Shown: one piece after another, positions 35,560-38,219 of the stretch
Numbering within the stretch: position 1 is the first letter of the stretch
Layout: every line of letters starts with the position of its first letter
Assembly: GCF_001194135.2 (NCBI RefSeq)
Contig: NC_069004.1
Span: 5,638,567 to 5,676,785 of the forward strand
Reading direction: 5' to 3'
From: Octopus bimaculoides
Lineage: Eukaryota
DNA length: 38,219 nt
Program-made: the position numbers and the translations under genes
Notes under the pieces: model-generated
Told to the model about the DNA's origin: nothing
Database searches by the model: none
The model's input: the letters and a program-made list of their open reading frames with translations, nothing else

Positions 35560-35790
35560 GCCATGTACTGTGGCAGACAGATCATGATAGGATTGATCAT
35601 TTCAAGGACACACATGGATATTTATTGAGGCAGATTTTCGATGGTTGGATGTTCTTCCTGTTGCCAACAATCAACTGTTTCCCAAGGAAGGTAATATTTC
35701 CCCATGACTGAACATTTTTTAACAGAAGATTGGATATAAACAACAATAGTATTTGTATGGATGACAATGTTTATTTTACAACTGTTGTGG
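35560..35790 (-). mobile_element. SINE family C-related, decayed
   Basis: tttctacggttggatg-like gattttcgatggttggatgttcttcctgttgccaac...caaggaaggtaatatttccccatg. Confidence 0.55.
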
Positions 35791-36149
35791 GATGGTGATG
35801 ACAAGACAAAGAGACACAAATGCACACACACACACACACATGTAAACACACACACACACACACACACACACATGCACACACACACACACCACACCCTATC
35901 ACACAGCATAATCCCTCATTGCAGACCAGCTGCTGACTGATAGGGTTTAAAACACAAGGGACCCATATTATTCGAGTTTCTTCTACATCTTTGCCCTTTG
36001 GAATCTGATTCTGAAGGAATGCTTTTGTGAACTAGCAGATGTCTTTTAAATCCAGATATTGTCTTAGAAGTTTTGTGACATATGATACATATACATGCAC
36101 ACGTGTGTGTGATGAGTTCTTTTCAGTTTCTGCCTACCAAATTCTCTTA

Positions 36150-36237
36150 CAAGGTTTTGGTCAGCTTCTGGAGTGCTATTATAGAAGACACTTGTCCAAG
36201 GTGCCACACACAAGGACTGAACCTGAAGCCACATGGC
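36150..36237 (-). mobile_element. SINE family B, head fragment
   Basis: tatagaagacacttgtccaaggtgccac...actgaacctgaagccacatgg. Confidence 0.65.
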
Positions 36238-36285
36238 CACTCTGTATCAATAGGTCCTTATATGTACGTCAATATGTGGGGTATG

Positions 36286-36497
36286 AAGGCAGTGACCTGG
36301 CAGAATGGTTAGCACACCGGGCGAAATGCTTAGCGGTATTTCGTCTGTCTTTATGTTCTGAGTTCAAATTCCACTGAGGTCGACTTTGCCTTTCATCCTC
36401 TTGAAGTCGATAAATTAAGTACCGGTTGCATACTGGGGTCGATCTAATTGACGGGTCCCCACCCCCAAAATTTCAGGCCTTGTACCTAGAGTAGAAT
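36286..36497 (+). mobile_element. tRNA-derived SINE family A
   Basis: Same head and body as 22284-22503. Confidence 0.85.
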
Positions 36498-36554
36498 ATG
36501 TGGTGTGTGTTTTTGAGTGTATGTATATGTATGTGTGTGTTTGTGTGTGTACGT

Positions 36555-36610
36555 GAGTCCGACCCTTGCTAGCATGGAAAATGGACGTTAAATGATGATG
36601 ATGATGATGT
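36555..36610 (+). mobile_element. SINE family C tail
   Basis: gacccttgctagcatggaaaatggacgttaaatgatgatgatg. Confidence 0.7.
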
Positions 36611-37388
36611 TAATGCTTGTTGTGTTTGTGTGTGTGTCATTGTTCGTATGTACGTTTGTCAGTGTCTGTCTGTTGTGTTGCTGTTTCCATTTTTCTTCTT
36701 CAGTGGCGCTAAGTAAATGGCACAACTCCCCTCTCTGTGCTCTATCCCCCTCCCACGCTGGACAAATACAACATGGTTGAGTTGTGTAACTTGCCTAACG
36801 ACTTAATGTCGGCCTTGTGGGCAAATGGTGGCGGGGTAGTATTTAGGGTGGAAGAAATGCCTTGAGGAGGAAGATGAAGATGGTGAAGAGGAATCGATGG
36901 CTTCAGATTAACTGGGGATCTAAGAATGGTTTGGTGGTGGTGGTAGCGGCAGGGTGTTTAATAGGTGGAAGAGATGTCTTGAAGGTTGGTGGGGGAAGTG
37001 ACTGGTGATGTGGGGCAGATGGTTGGAGGTGGGGAAGTCTGAACAAAAAAGAGGAGGAGGCTGAAGATGAATGGGTGGGGATGTGGGTGGTCTGGGACAG
37101 ATGTGTCACCCAACAATAGAACATTCTTGCAGAGTGAGGGGTGGTGGTGGGAGGGCGTTTTCTTGTTTCGTTTAATATTTTATACCATCTCCGCAGTTAA
37201 TCGTTACCGCCCCCCCCTCCCCACACGACCCTCCTTGCAGATTTTCTTAATCTTTCCCCCCACCCCCTGCTAGCTTCTTAACGCTAAACACAGACACACA
37301 TTGTACACATGTGTTTGTGGATGCATGTATATATTTGTGTGTGTATATGTGCCGGTGTTTATATGTGTGTCTATATATTCATATATTC

Positions 37389-37441
<53 letters not shown>

Positions 37442-37467
37442 GGTCTATATATATATATATATAGGTC

Positions 37468-37499
<32 letters not shown>

Positions 37500-38219
37500 T
37501 ATGCTTACTCACCTATACATGTGTGTTTATATATGTATATATATTCAATATANNNNNNNNNNNNNNNNNNNNNNNNNNNNNNNNNNNNNNNNNNNNNNNN
37601 NNNNNNNNNNNNNNNNNNNNNNNNNNNNNNNNNNNNNNNNNNNNNNNNNNNNNNNNNNNNNNNNNNNNNNNNNNNNNNNNNNNNNNNNNNNNNNNNNNNN
37701 NNNNNNNNNNNNNNNNNNNNNNNNNNNNNCACCACCACCACCACCACCACCACCACCACACTTATCCTCATCCCCCAACCCACCCCACACTCCAGTTGCT
37801 GCCATTTCATTCTACACACACCGTCTCAATACCTTGTCATTATTCGCTTCTCTCTACTGTCGAAGTTTCCGTACTTTCTTCTTCATTTTCATCTAATTCC
37901 TTTGATTACTTCATTCCTACTCCTGCCTACAGTAGCATCTAATTTCAGATTCTTTTTCTCTTTTAACAGCTGCCCTACTTTCACTTTCACATTTCCCCAC
38001 TACCACCTTTCTTCATTTCTTTCACTTCCTTTCTTTCCCTCTCTCTCCCCCTCTCTCTCCACAAGCTCAGTTGTATTATCCTGTGTAAATAAATACATCC
38101 ATCTACTCAGTCATTCTATTCAGAATCTCTTGTAGTGGTGGTGGTGGTGTGTAGAGCGGTGGTGACATTCACTCACTTTCCTGTCTGTCTGTTTTTACGT
38201 TTCTAAGCCTGTGTCATGT

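Noticed and set aside
3749-37942. Long ORFs in the track containing X runs
   Set aside because: They read through assembly gaps (3821-4314, 10407-10875, 12303-12613, 17494-18409, 21776-22055, 23268-23571, 24531-25257, 28984-29654, 37553-37729).
1-38219. CRISPR arrays, rRNA genes or prokaryotic operons
   Set aside because: No regularly spaced repeat-spacer units or such genes; the window is eukaryotic intronic DNA.

Overview
Eukaryotic, AT-rich, microsatellite-saturated scaffold with 14 N-gaps. The SINE families and (TA)/(CA)/(CAT) load suggest a coleoid cephalopod, most likely Octopus (inference, no search run). Only one protein-coding exon is supported: 3027-3263 (+), phase 0-0, tentatively the N-terminal part of an Rbfox (fox-1/A2bp1) RNA-binding protein. 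The rest appears intronic and is filled with tRNA-derived SINEs, a 5'-truncated R4/Dong-type LINE, mariner/piggyBac-like MITEs and simple repeats. Nearly all ORFs in the supplied track are microsatellite or N-gap artefacts. The main discovery is four type-I hammerhead ribozyme motifs from three unrelated element families: (1) a hammerhead with a compensatory U3-A8 core at the apex of a ~150-nt rod-like hairpin, retrozyme-like (10161-10307, +); (2) a tRNA-headed SINE whose 3' part is a minimal Penelope-type hammerhead (2388-2640, -); (3) a ~220-235-bp inverted repeat whose arms each carry a hammerhead with a microsatellite-expanded loop II, resembling inverted Penelope pseudo-LTRs (15239-15822). 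Two of the motifs are on the same strand as the host exon. All folds were derived by hand, and catalytic activity is untested.
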